A DNA stretch of 64,000 nucleotides, from assembly GCF_001194135.2 (NCBI RefSeq), contig NC_068988.1, positions 4,967,790 through 5,031,789 of the forward strand. The letters run 5' to 3'. The translations under genes and the position numbers were made by a program. The notes below the pieces were generated by a model. That model did not search any database, had not been told where the DNA came from, and worked only from the letters and a program-made list of their open reading frames with translations. Source of the DNA: Octopus bimaculoides. Its lineage: Eukaryota. Positions 39,061 through 52,105 of this stretch are shown here, one piece after another. Every line of letters starts with the position of its first letter. Position 1 is the first letter of the stretch.

Positions 39061-39699
39061 AAAGGAACTGGGGGTTAGAGGAGCTGGAACACATTCTTAC
39101 TGATGTCCAGGTGATAACGTTTAGCTGCCAGTGAAATGGTACAATTCAAGTTCATTTCTATGCTGAAATCACATCACCTGTGGAGGTTATAAGCGTTACA
39201 ACACACATACACGCACTCACACACACGCGTACATATACACACACACACAAATTAATAATGTTAGGTTTGATACGAATATAATTATTTCATTCTCAATTAA
39301 TGAATTACCAGATTTCTTAAACTAATTCGAAAAGAAAGACATTTCACGTACATTTACTTCATTTAAAAAAAAAAAAGTGGGGGAATAAATAGATTCGTGA
39401 AGCTTATTTCTCGTCGGTTTTTTTTTTATAAACTAAAATTGATATTCTGATAGCCATGTCTAAGATATGTGTGGCTGTGGAGCGATGTTCTTTTTGAATA
39501 CGAAAACCACCACCACTATTTACATGTATGCAATTAGACAAAGTATTGGGAAATATGTGCTTTTTCTTTGATATTTTTATCGTATACTTCTGCTCTACTT
39601 CCTCGCTGATTTGCTTTCTTGAACAAATATCAAATTTCAATTATTATCCGAGAAAATATTTCAATCTTTCTATTGATTTTCAAATTGTTTCCAGCTTAC

Positions 39700-39896
39700 A
39701 GTTGCGGAACAACAGAGGAAAGACAATTTTCTCGAGAGCAATCGAATGGTAGCTGGCACGTGCAATCTAACGTGGCTGGCAACAACAATTGGGATTTCAA
39801 ATCCTACTTCATCTATTGTATATGATGCTTGCTGTTTAAATAAGTTTGCCAAATATTCCACTTCTCCATAAACAGCTGCAGTTCCAAACGATATTT
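39700..39896 (-). other. Orphan candidate coding exon (197 nt, one frame open throughout)
   Basis: Acceptor cttcctgactaacAG, donor ACT|GTAAGC. Peptide ISFGTAAVYGEVEYLANLFKQQASYTIDEVGFEIPIVVASHVRLHVPATIRLLSRKLSFLCCSAT. No homology recognised. Confidence 0.25.
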
Positions 39897-40184
39897 CTGT
39901 TAGTCAGGAAGTGATTTAATATTGATTTTTCTACTTTGTCAAGAGAAAAGTTTTATAATTTTGTGGGCAGGACATTCTCAAGGGATTTAGGGGCGCTGAA
40001 AGGTGTGGGCATATTCCCATCGGAATTGCTGACTTCCAACTGCGGTGCAGCTCTTTTGGCAAGTGTGTTCTTCAAACACCTTAGGTAGAAAAGTAGTTGG
40101 AAATTAAACGGAAATAAATATATGTACGTATGCATGTATTGAAACATGAAATTCATCACAATATATTTCAACAATGTGGAAATT

Positions 40185-41015
40185 TTATTCATCAAAGTAA
40201 GTACCATTACAATCAATACATTTTTGCCAACGAGTTACAAGTCCGTTTATTCTGAGTTCTAGAGCCGATGAACTCTTTGAACGCACTTTCAGCATCGGTT
40301 TGGTTTTTAAACTCCTTCTCCCACAGGAATCCATCAAGATGCTTGAAAAAGTGGTAGTTGGTAGGAGAAAGGTCTGGGAAATAAGCTGAGTGGGGAAGAA
40401 CTTCGTAGCCAAGTTCCCTCAACTTCTGGAGCGTCATTAGGGAAACGTGTAGTCGAGCATTCACTTGAAGAATGGTTGGCTCTCTTCTGTTGACCAGTCT
40501 AAGAGAGACAAGTAGCATTTTTTTTTTTTTTTTTTTGTCAATCTTGGCAATTTCCTGCCAATATGTTTCTGCAGTAATGATTTTTCCGGGTTTTAAGTTA
40601 TAGTGGATAATTCCAGCAGTACACCACCAATCAGTCACTGTAACTTTCTTTTTGAAAAGCTCGGGTTTAGGGAAGGTTTTCGGTGCTTCATTTTGATCCA
40701 ACCACTGCGAAGAACATTTTTTTTTTTTTATTGTACAGAAACCACTTTTCATCTCAAGTTATAATACAGTCGAGAAATGGATCAGTCTGGTTAAAGAGAA
40801 GAAGCGACATTTTCTGATTTTCTTTCAAATCGTGTGGTACCCATTTGTCGAGCATTTTTTTTTTCTTTTTTTTTTTCACTTTCCGATCGCATGCAAATTA
40901 TTGCAGACAGTTTTCTGGCTAACTTGAAGTTCTTTTGTCAGTTCTCGAGTGGTTCTACGTGAATCTTTCTCAATCACGGTTTTTAATTGACCATCACAGA
41001 CTATGGACCGGTCTC
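40185..41015 (-). mobile_element. Mariner transposase fossil (cecropia/Hsmar1-like), 5'-truncated, no TIRs found
   Basis: QLKTVIEKDSRRTTRELTKEL; LDKWVPHDLKENQK; PFLDCIIT*DEKW; SQWLDQNEAPKTFPKP; LQKLRELGYEVLPHSAYFPDLSPTNYHFFKHL; GINGLVTRWQKCIDCNGTYFDE*. Strongly collinear with the Hsmar1-type transposase. This is a fossil transposon, not the SETMAR gene. Confidence 0.93.
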
Positions 41016-41470
41016 CGTTATATTATTCTACGATAGCTAAATAAATTATTATTTCTACAGACAAAGGGGATGCCGATCTAAGACTTCATATTGCTATTTT
41101 TTTCTCACTCTGCTCTTGGCATCAACCTTCTTCGCGTTTATCTTCTTCTCATTTCTTCTCATAGACCAACGTCCTGGTCTTTTTCAAATAGGTGTAACAG
41201 CAAGCAATGAGCCTGAGAGATTGCTTGGAAACACATGGCACGTTACGTAAATCTGCCAAATTATTCTCTCTCTGCAGCATGAAACTATTAGTAGCTCTTT
41301 CTAAAATTCTGTTTATATTAAATGATGATTATTTCTCATTAGATGGAATACTATTTTCATTGCTCCTACCTATAACGGAACAGCAAACTATATGTAATTT
41401 TACATTAAACTGAAGGATTCCTCAATACTTTTTGTGAAGTAGGTATTTATTATTATTTAAGAACAGTGTT

Positions 41471-41516
41471 GACAGTGACATCGAAGTTTTGACCCGCTAA
41501 GCCTTCATCAGACTCA
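41471..41516 (-). ncRNA. Fossil minimal type-I hammerhead ribozyme motif (Penelope-like/retrozyme type)
   Basis: Minus strand agt-CTGATGA-A-GGC-ttagcgg-GTC-AAAAC-ttcgat-GTC-act. The CUGAUGA core is intact, stem II pairs, GAAA reads AAAA, stem III is 2 bp with a TCGA palindrome, and the cleavage triplet is GUC. Confidence 0.55.
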
Positions 41517-43270
41517 GTACGTTTGAGTGCATGTGAGTATGTGGCTGGTATCAGCGAAGACTGTATGCATCAGAGATAAAACCGAAACATTTGTATTTTT
41601 CGAACGCAGTTCATTGTTGATCATTATTCTGCAATACATTATTAGAGAAGCCCTTTGTTCCTCTCGGAAATGCTGTGATCCAATGACTGGAGCGTTGGAT
41701 ATATAGAATCAACAATGCACTATTATTCAAAAACTGCGATAAACTAAATAAAACGCCTCTGATAGAGTATTTGCAATTATGAGATATATTGTTGTGTGAG
41801 GATTATCTCATCATCTTCACAGTTTTGTGATACATAAATGTTAAAATCGATACATTAAATATCGATATTTTCTCATTGATTATAATTATTAGAAGCCATT
41901 AAGGTGTGAAGATAAAAGGCTGCAGTTTTGTATTTTGTGTCATTCTTTTACACATCGTATGTTATTATTAGTTATATAAATGAAATAAAATACCTACAGC
42001 TGGAGAATAAAAACCAGTCATAGCTCCGTGGGTACACATATAGCTTTACAATGAAGTAGGATGGTTTGCTAGCCCGCAGTAACAGTATCGAACCTACTGT
42101 GCAGAACCTTGAGCAATTGTTTTCTGCTTTTGTTTTATGGGTAAAATTGAGTAAATGTAAACTATGTAGAGCCTTAGCTGAGAAAATGTTTTTGTTTTTG
42201 TGTGGCCTCTGAGCCCTGGTCCTTAGCTTCTTTTAGCATGTTGATAGTAGTATTCGGGCTCAGTGCACAAGCTGGGGATAACTTGCATTCCTTCCTCTCT
42301 TCTCAGAGCTATAAATAATTCGCAAATGCAAATAGCATGGATGCGAAATTCAGTGGAGGAGATTCAGTCTAGACTGAAAGTACACTGTCAACATAACAGA
42401 AGTCACAAAGTCAAACCATCGCAGATCAAAGTAAAAATATAAAATATTATCGGCTTAAATTTGGTAAGCATTATTATAAAATAATAATTCTAGATGCAAT
42501 TACAAAAGCTTAATATGAACACGAGCATCCTAATAAAATATACAAGGTAATTCCAAACTGATATAAGATCATTTACATGAAATATATATGGCGTGGGTTG
42601 CCGAGGAAAATTAGTGCATATCACTGCTGTAGCTGACATTTTCAACGAACTCAAATAGTTGCAGAAGGTCAACTAAAACAATTGGAGCTGACTTTGTCCT
42701 ACTTACCACATAACTTCTCACTTTTTATAGCCAATAAGACATGAATGAAATTCGAGCGAAGCTCCCGTTTTCTCTTGCGTCTCTGAATTATAATAATGTA
42801 TTAAAATTTATGATATTCTAGGAGGACCCGTAGAAATTCCACAGAATGAAAAGTATTAAGAGAAGTTATTTAAGAAAGAAAGCATGGTTTGCATTTTTAT
42901 TTTGCTAAGTTATTTCACTTCCAATCACAATATATTTTATGATTTTGAAATTTCCCTCTGCTAAGCACTTTATATGTCTCTCTTTCACTCTACCTCTTCG
43001 ACAAACGTTTTAAGCATGTAATTTCACTCTTCATGTCTTTCTCTCTTTCTCTTCACCTCTCACTTCCATTAACCACATGAGTGATAGTATAATGCATCGG
43101 CTGGCTATCTGTTCACTCACCCTCACATTCCCTCTTCCTCTCTCTCACTCGACCTCCTCCACCTCTCTAACATACTATAATATTATTCTTCTACGAACAG
43201 GTAGAAGAATATAGATATAGTTCAATAAAAATTATTTTTCATTATCAACACACTACTACTACTACCACCA

Positions 43271-43314
<44 letters not shown>

Positions 43315-43324
43315 NNNNNNNNNN

Positions 43325-43381
<57 letters not shown>

Positions 43382-44257
43382 GTAACTGTCTTCCCTTCCA
43401 TCTTCATCTGCCTTTCTTTAATCTCACCAACAGAACATCCCCCTCTGCTAAATATTGCATCCTAAATATATCTCTTTCCCTTTACCATTCCCTCTTCACC
43501 CCTCAGCACGTCGTTAACACTTCTCTTTCCCTCTTTTTTCTCAGCGTCCTTTTCTCTCGCACTTCGTCTACCCTTTCAACTTATCACGTCACACATTTAG
43601 CCTTATTATACATCTTTCTCTACTTCTTCCTTCTATATTCACACTCCTCCTCCTCTCTGTCTCTCTTGTACTCCACCTCCACCTCTCCAACTGATGGACG
43701 AATGAACAAGCAGATTATTATATAGAAGGTATATTATATTTTGTGTGTGTTACTTGGACTTTGTCTCAGATTCCTGTACCAAGTTATCGAGTAAGAATTT
43801 GCATATGTCAGTTGTCGCTAAACTATAAATTCCTACGAAGAATATTTGAAAAATAACCGACCTACCAACAAAATACTTTTACACGAATATTGATTTCAAT
43901 AATTTCCCCCTTAACAACTCTGCCTAAACGATATTTCAAGTCTTGCATTCTAAATGTACAATGGTTATAAATGTAGAAACTATTCTGTGTCAATGAGAAA
44001 AAATGCCTTAGAGCATTTAGTTATGTTCTTTTTAATTTTTAGGTCAAATTTCTGTAAAGTTGTATTTACATTCCATCATGTGAAATCGGGGCAATAAATA
44101 CCAATTAGACGCTATGTTTGATGTAAGTATTTCTGCCGTTCACTAAAATATGGCCTTTGAGGATAATGAGAGGTTGATTCTTTTATAGAAGCAAATATTA
44201 CGTTGTCGTCACAACACTTATTTCAGAGAAAAAGAGAAATGGGGAGGGAGAAGACTG

Positions 44258-44291
<34 letters not shown>

Positions 44292-45559
44292 AGTGTTTCA
44301 ATGAGAAACAAAGAGGTTTCTGAATATCTTTACGATTAGTTACAACACAGTTTTGGTTGTTAAATAATAATTTTTTTATGTGTTTTGAATAATGAGAAAA
44401 TATTGTCAGCAGTGGTTGCATATACTTGCTTTTATTGTATTTTATTCCCATGGCCTGTTTTGTTGATATCATAATCACTCATTATTTTTAGGTGTTTAGC
44501 AACGTGCAATCAACAAAAAGATATTAAAGTTTTACAATCAGTGATGAAAAATTCATCACGTAATGAGCAAAGTCAAATTAAGAAAGGCAAATGGGGTCAG
44601 ACAGATATTTATTTATTAATAATAATTCAATATAGGATGCAGTGGAGAATGGATGAGCTTCAGTGGGACAGTGATAACCTTGGACATGTTATAGTCATAT
44701 TGCAACTCATCGGAGACATGTAATATAAATGTTATTACATTCCCGAAAAACTTTCGGTCACTTTTTTATCCTATGAAGTGGGACCGTAATTAAAGGCACT
44801 CAGTGTTACTCAGAATAAATATATCTAACATAAACACCAGAACTCACACACATACAGAAACACACACTTTACATACACACATACACAAATATGCACACAC
44901 ACTTTGGATGTGATCTTTCAGCTACATTTACATATTTTTGATCCGTTGACATATGGATTAAAATGTACGTTATGCGTAGCTGAAAAATCACATATCCCTT
45001 TCAGATCGATGAACTCCATCACACTGCTGAATTCCAGATCTGAAAATTTCAGTGGATGTAAACACTGCTGACGAATTGGAGAATACCACGCCTTCCCAAC
45101 TGAGCAGCTGTATCGAAGGCTCTAGGCCCATATCCTTTGAGCCTTGTGACATTACAGTTAAATAGAACATAACTCCAATTCTCCTCGTTTTTCTTTTTTT
45201 TTTTTTTTTGTNNNNNNNNNNTTTTTTTTTTTTTTTTTTTTGTTGTTTTCCTTTCCTTTATTTGGTGTTTTCAACCTTCCACCATTTGCATATACCTTTT
45301 ATCACTTTTTCTCGTATTTTCTCTTATTCTATCGGCCTGCGATGGCTTGTTATGCCATGTGCACATAGCCTGAGGATTGCGTGAAGGCACCAGATGTATT
45401 ATTGAATACTGTCGGAAGCATTTTCTTTACATGAAATTATTCGTAGCTTTTATAAATATATATCCTGTGTTTATTAAATAATATTTATCACACGCCAGAT
45501 GGAGTACTTTTTTGTTATCTTACCATCACGGAACAGTACACTATAGCCATCTATCAATC

Positions 45560-45579
45560 TCTCTTTCTCTCTCCCTTTC

Positions 45580-45651
<72 letters not shown>

Positions 45652-45775
45652 TGTGTGTGTGTGTATGTGTGTGCATATATATATGTACATGTATATATGT
45701 GTATATCTATATACACACACACACACACACACATACATATTACATATGCATATATACATACATACCTACACACAT
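45560..45775. repeat. Compound (CT)/(TA)/(TG)/(CA) microsatellite block
   Basis: Direct read. Confidence 0.9.
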
Positions 45776-46297
45776 ATAATTATCTTAAACCTTGGAGATA
45801 CACCTGGTAGTATACCGATTAAAACACTTTCACTGTCTATGTCTACCTAATATCATCCACAGTATTGATATAAATACCACTCGGTCTACCTCAGGAATTC
45901 CTCGGTATGCGTCGAATATGTAATAAATGAGAGAAAGCGGAGATGAAATGCTCGAAATTCTTTACTAATCACAACAATCGTTTCGACCTATCTTGGGTCG
46001 GTCCTTAGCGGGAGAGCTACTCTACAACTGGTTGTGGTGCATCCTTCGGTGCACATTTGTCTCGTGAGGTGACTTCTTAAAACGTAGCTCCCAGAGTAAT
46101 ATCGGTTTGGCTTGGTTTTGTTATAATACATGTCACTATTTGCATGTATCTGGTTATCTACAGGTTCCGAGATACAACTGCACCAAATAATGCACCACAA
46201 CTCACTCGCAAGGGACCGATACAAGATGGTTCGAAAACCATCGTTGTGATTAATAAAGAATCTCGTGAACTCTGTTTTCTGTTCCTCTCATTTTTTA

Positions 46298-46309
46298 TAT
46301 GTGTGTGTG

Positions 46310-46392
<83 letters not shown>

Positions 46393-46692
46393 NNNNNNNN
46401 NNNNNNNNNNNNNNNNNNNNNNNNNNNNNNNNNNNNNNNNNNNNNNNNNNNNNNNNNNNNNNNNNNNNNNNNNNNNNNNNNNNNNNNNNNNNNNNNNNNN
46501 NNNNNNNNNNNNNNNNNNNNNNNNNNNNNNNNNNNNNNNNNNNNNNNNNNNNNNNNNNNNNNNNNNNNNNNNNNNNNNNNNNNNNNNNNNNNNNNNNNNN
46601 NNNNNNNNNNNNNNNNNNNNNNNNNNNNNNNNNNNNNNNNNNNNNNNNNNNNNNNNNNNNNNNNNNNNNNNNNNNNNNNNNNNNNNNNNNNN

Positions 46693-46769
<77 letters not shown>
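46298..46769. repeat. (TG)n block spanning an N-gap (46393-46692)
   Basis: Direct read. Confidence 0.9.
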
Positions 46770-46770
<1 letters not shown>

Positions 46771-47466
46771 GCTTATGATATTCTACGTATGCTTCCAATT
46801 CCATCATAAAATTCTTAGAAAACCATTCCACTATCGACTTCTCACCTACTCCTTTTCATATTATTCTCTAAAGAAACTGAATTTTGATCAGCATCTGCTA
46901 TTATTATGCTTTGTAAGTGAGTGTAATATCACACAAAATGATAATGCATAGAAGTCTTATGTAAAACATGCATTACAGTTTGACAAAAATTTGTAGAAAA
47001 TAAAAAATCAAACACCCATTTCATTAGAAGTAATATATTGTGAGAATTTTTTACAGTCGAGTGAATCCATGATGTGATAACATTGAAGAAAGAATACTTT
47101 ATTATCTTTATTGTGATTATATAATATCTCAAAATGTAAGTTGTTTCTTATAATTGCTTTCACGAAAGTGAATGTAATCGAAAGTAGAAAATTGAAAAGA
47201 AATTCTCCATCTGAAATGATGTCAGCTGAGTTAGTGACGCTAAACAGTGTATTACACAATAAAGGAATCAATTTATTCGTCTTGATTTAGATCTTTTCTA
47301 GAGTTGATGTGTTTAGGAACGGTGTAGGGTTCCTGAAAAGTAAACGAATAGCCAGGTCTTCAGGCGCACATAAACACACACACATTTATATTATATATAC
47401 ATATATATATACACACGCACAAAGGAATTCTAATACAAACATAGAGAAATGAAATTCTGTTTTTTC

Positions 47467-49383
47467 TGACTACTGGCTGGCAAAGTAGGGCAAAGTAGGG
47501 CAAAGTAGGGGAAAACCGATTGGTGGTGTCAGAAGATCCATTAGTATCCGTGAAAGAACTGACGACAACTCAGAAAGAAGGCGCACAAGAGTGTTAAGGC
47601 TAGAAGCCCAAAGCTCTGCGTTAGCAAGCCAAAAGGATCCGGAAGACCAAGGAGGGGGAAGGGAGGTTAATCTGCCAAACAACACGAAAGAGATGGACAA
47701 CGAGTTGAACAGGAATTTTCGAAATATGGGACTGAACAGAACAAGGCCGATGGAGGAAACGAAAAGGAGATGAAACGGCTGTGGTAGAGTATTTAAGAAC
47801 GAATGTGACGAAGATTCGTCAAAGTAAATCGAAATACAAAGAGCTACTAGAGCAACACAACTCATCTGAGCAATAACCAGAGCTCTAGTTTTGGGAATAT
47901 CACAACTGCTTCTTAGTCAGGGAGGGACGAGAGCCAGGAGGCAAAAACACGGTGCCCAGAGCTTCTCTGCACAACTTTCTCAATCAACAAGGAGAGTGAA
48001 TGAGTTCGAAAGTCAGGAACAAGCCATTGCAAAATTTGCCACCAGCGACAGATCTGAGACGGCTCTGGTTGCACGAGGACTTGAACATCCTCCTTGGCGA
48101 CATTCTGAAGGGAGACGCTACCAGGAAGACAAGAGCCATGGTTCAAGTGATATAACAGACATGCCAAGATACCTTTAGCGTGAAGGAAAGCAAAAGTAAC
48201 GAGCAAAACGATGCCAGTCGAAGACAGCATCAGCTGGCATGATTGAGAAAAGAGCTAAAGCATCTGTAGGAAAGGTGGGGGAATGCAGACTGTGAAAGAA
48301 AAGTGGCTTTAAACCAATTTTGCATGGAATTACGAAAACATCTGCTCCGGCTTTCAAGGGCAGAGTCACTTCGGAAAAAGTAGAGACGCATGGACAACGA
48401 AGGGCCAGTTTTAAGAGGACTTTCCAGTCACAGCTGAGCATTTCGGAAAACCAAGATGCGGGAGGTTAATATACTCTAAGAGGTAGAGACCAGTAGTGCT
48501 TGGCGATCTTACAAGAGATATTCCGTTAAAAGATTGTCCTCTTCACGGCCAACGCTCAAACTTCACACTCCTTTCAACATGGCCGACTTCACGAAAGGTT
48601 CGACGAAAGGTTCTACTTGTATGCATTCTACTCCAGAGCCATCTGGCACCACTTATAGAATTTTAAAAACTGCCCACTACCGTTGAGGTAGTTAGATGTG
48701 GAAGAAGCAACAAGAACTCTGGTTCTGGACACTTCTGAAAGACTTTTTTGTCTCAAAAGAAGAAAATTCAGAACTTCAGACTTGACAGCTCTCGCTTTTG
48801 AATGTTGCGGGAAAGATCTTTTCGACCATCCTTTCCAAAAGTTTAACATCATATCTCCTGGTCAACATGATCATCGACATGAGTGTCCAGAATGAGGGTT
48901 CCCTGGCTAATCTGGGTGTCTCGAACACATATCAGTGATCAGCCATGTCATTAAGGAAGCAAGGAGAAACGACAATTCACTCTTCTTTGTATGGTTGGAT
49001 CTTAACAAAACGTATTCAAGCTTAGCTCACCAGCTACTTCGAAGTGCATTAGAGTACAACCAAGTACGAACAAAAGTAATGGGACTCATGTCACGCATAC
49101 ATCTGTTGAGGATGACATTAATTGGGGGAAATTTCACCACTAAATTGCAAGGGTTACAAAAAGGCAGTATTGCAGGATTCCCAATCTTCGTAGAGCTATT
49201 TGTGGCAGCCATGAACCTACAACTAGAAGAGGAAGGGAAGCAGTCGAGAGGTCCCAATATTGGCGTAGACACAGGAAATCTAGTTTGCAGTACGTTCATT
49301 GACGACATAAAATTATGATGCCATCAATCGAAGGGTCATGGCGGATATTGTGCTCGTTGGAAAAGATGGCTACATTGTCATAA
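47467..49383 (+). mobile_element. HERO-like (NeSL/R2-group, RLE-type) non-LTR retrotransposon pseudogene, 3'-truncated after the RT YADD motif
   Basis: N-terminal decayed zinc-finger-like GCGRVFKN..KIRQSK; HGAQSF; TPEPSGTTYRI.KNCP; NVAGKIFSTIL; GCLEHISVISHVIKEARR..VWLDLNKTYSSLAH; GSIAGFPIFVELFVAAMN..SRGP..TFIDD; IEGSWRILCSLEK. These match the recalled HERO RT consensus. Confidence 0.82.
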
Positions 49384-50153
49384 TGAATGAATTAAGTTAC
49401 TTACCCCAAAAACTGTGCAGGCTCTGCGCTGATCATTTTATTTTGTATATTCTGTGTATATAGAGTTGCTGCTGTTTTATTACAGTTAAAGTTTTACTCC
49501 AGCTTGCCAAGCTAAAATTACTCCTTCCAACATTACCGCTTTATCAATGCAGCTATAAATATGGGAGCATATTAATGTTTTAATAACTCTTCCTTGCAAC
49601 TTCACTCTATAAATTCCATCATTGTAGAGAATTGATTTCTAAATCTATTATGGATGAGGATATGATTTACAGCAGTTTGACTTTATTTGCAAGTAACTAA
49701 AATATTCAGTGATATTGATTTTTTTTTTTCAGAGCCCGAAAGTAAGTTTCATATTTCTTCCACTAAGTATATTTAAATCTAGGCGAAAATAAAAATTCTC
49801 CTCATACTAAAGATTTCTCAACACTTATTTATGATATTATATATTAAAATAGATATTTGCTGTCACAGGTCTGGTTGAATATGGCATTTCCTTCGGGGTA
49901 CTGGGATGATAATATACTATCTGTGATTGCCCTTCTATCTTAAGAAATCTTCCGTATTGAAAGTTATATGTTCGTGTTATCTTTACAAATATAAGGAATT
50001 TTCATACCCTTTTATAAATGCTGAAGATCTAACCTGTACGTTTTGATAAATGCTCTCCTGATTAAATTCGCTTTCACTATCGGGAAAAATTATCGCAGCC
50101 TTTACAGAAATAGTGTTAATACAGTGAGTTGACAATATTATACTGCTTATGAA

Positions 50154-50372
50154 GGCGACGAGCTGGCAGACACGTTAGCACGCCGGCCGAATTGCTTAGC
50201 GGTATTTCGTCTGTCTTTACGTTCTAAGTTCAAATTCCGCCGAAGTCGACTTTGCTTTTCATCTTTTCGGGATCGATAAATTAAGTATCAGTTTCGTACT
50301 GGGGTCAATGTAATCGACTGCCCTCTCCTCAAAAATGTCGGCCCTTGTTCCTAGTGGTGGAAAAGAATATTA
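50154..50372 (+). mobile_element. SINE family A, full-length copy
   Basis: ggcgacgagctggcagacacgttagcacgccggccgaattgcttagcggtatttcg..gttctaagttcaaattccgccgaagtcgactttgcttttcatcttttcgggatcgataaattaagtatcag..cccttgttcctagtggtggaaaagaatatt. It has A/B-box-like blocks and a Meta-like domain. Confidence 0.92.
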
Positions 50373-51792
50373 TAATGTTTATAATTTTATTAATTTTGAC
50401 CTGACAGCAACAAAACAGAAGCAGCTGCCGATACCTAAGCAAAAGTTTGTTTGAAACGAATACCCAGAAGTTTTTAATATTCATAGATTTCGATACGAAG
50501 AAACATTCTAAGATTTGATTAATGTAAATAGAAATTGAATTCACACAAAATTCCAAATTTGATTAGTTTAAACTATTTAGAAATTCATAATTAATCATTT
50601 TAGTAATGATTCTTCTCAATACCGTGTCGCTTTAATTGATTAGATTGATTGGCATCATCAATTCCGCTAGTGCCCACTTTACTATTAACTTTTAATGCAT
50701 CAGGCGACCCTGGATATTTTCCCGATCATCATATTATCGGTATTTAACGAGTCAACGAATTACAGAAGGATTATTGAACAGAGAATCAATATTTAAATAT
50801 ATTTTATTAAAAATAAAAGCATTAAAATATATCACTATGTTGTAAACATAAACAAGGAAATCAGTGAGAGACGGTTTTTGAAAATTGTGTAAATGAGAAT
50901 AAAAACTGGATAACTGGAGGATATTTAGTACAGAAACGAATTTCGAATTTAGTTTCAAAAGTACACAGAGAAACCATTGTAGCAGTCACTGTCTAGTGAA
51001 CTGGAGAGGATTCGTGCCATCTGTTGAGTACGGAAAATCTGATTAGTTGCCAGTTAATGATGTAGTATCGAGTAACATATGAAGTGAAAGTAGCAACATC
51101 AATAGATGAATATATTGAGAACTTATTTTCTAAAACAAAACAAGACAGGAAGTAAACACGTGATCAGTGTATTTGGTAGGACAGTGACATTTTACGAAAC
51201 GAAATATTACCGGAAACAAAGAAAAATACAATGTATTTATGAGAATAAAAGAAAGCGTAAAGCAGCTTTCCTTTCAGAGAGTTTATTAAAAACGTGACAT
51301 TTTTATTTTTCTGTAGTTCAACATTTATTTATTTATTTATTTATTTATTTATTTTACTTTTTATTCAAATTTATATTGTCATTTGTGCTGCCCTGCAATA
51401 CTTGGCAAACAATTTCAGCTAAGTTTCAAGTGATTGGATTCTAACACCTCTGAAGACTTCCCAACGGAACGGGCATGGTTTCTCCCTAATGCTATAGTTA
51501 CCACCGACTTTCCTATTCCTGAACACCTCGACTGTTTGCTTTCCTGCATTTTGTTCTACATAATGATATAAGGACAACTACTCTATGGATTTTTAATTTT
51601 GATTCTCAGTTGGATGTCAGAGATATTTCACTGTTTCTCTAAGGAAACAAATTCTTTACATAAACGATAACAGCGAAATGCAATAATAATCCACACAGAT
51701 GAACAACTCGAACCAACCATACAAAAATAATTTAGGATTTTAAAACTTTGTCGTGTTATTTCCATAAGATTTTATCTTGGGCCTGGCTAATC

Positions 51793-52105
51793 GTCGGTTA
51801 CGACGAGGAGTGTTCCAGTTCATTCGACAAACGGAACAGCTTGCTCGCGAAATTAACGTGAAAGTGGCTGAGCACTCCAGGACACGCGTACCCCTAACGT
51901 TCTTCTCAGGAAGATTCGGTGTGATACAGAGTGTGACAAGGTTGGCTCTTTGAATTACTGGTACAACTCAATTTTTCCAGCTGAGTGGACTGGAGAAACG
52001 AGAAATAAAGTATCCTGCTCAAGAACACAACGCACCGCCGAGATAAGAACTCACGACCTTACGATCATGAGCTAAATACCCCTAGCCATTAAACCACGCG
52101 CCTTC
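51793..52105 (-). mobile_element. SINE family C (tRNA head plus CORE-like domain), near full length
   Basis: Reverse complement gaaggcgcgtggtttaatggctagggta..gtaaggtcgtgagttc..gcgttgtgttcttgagcaggatactttatttc..ccagtccactcagctggaaaaattgag..ggagtgctcagccactttcacgttaatttcgcgagcaagctgttcc..cctcgtcgtaaccgac. Confidence 0.85.

Noticed and set aside
44988-45170. Minus peptide VTRLKGYGPRAFDTAA resembling the L2 RT tail YGDRAFS.AAP
   Set aside because: The expected LWN.LP continuation is absent.
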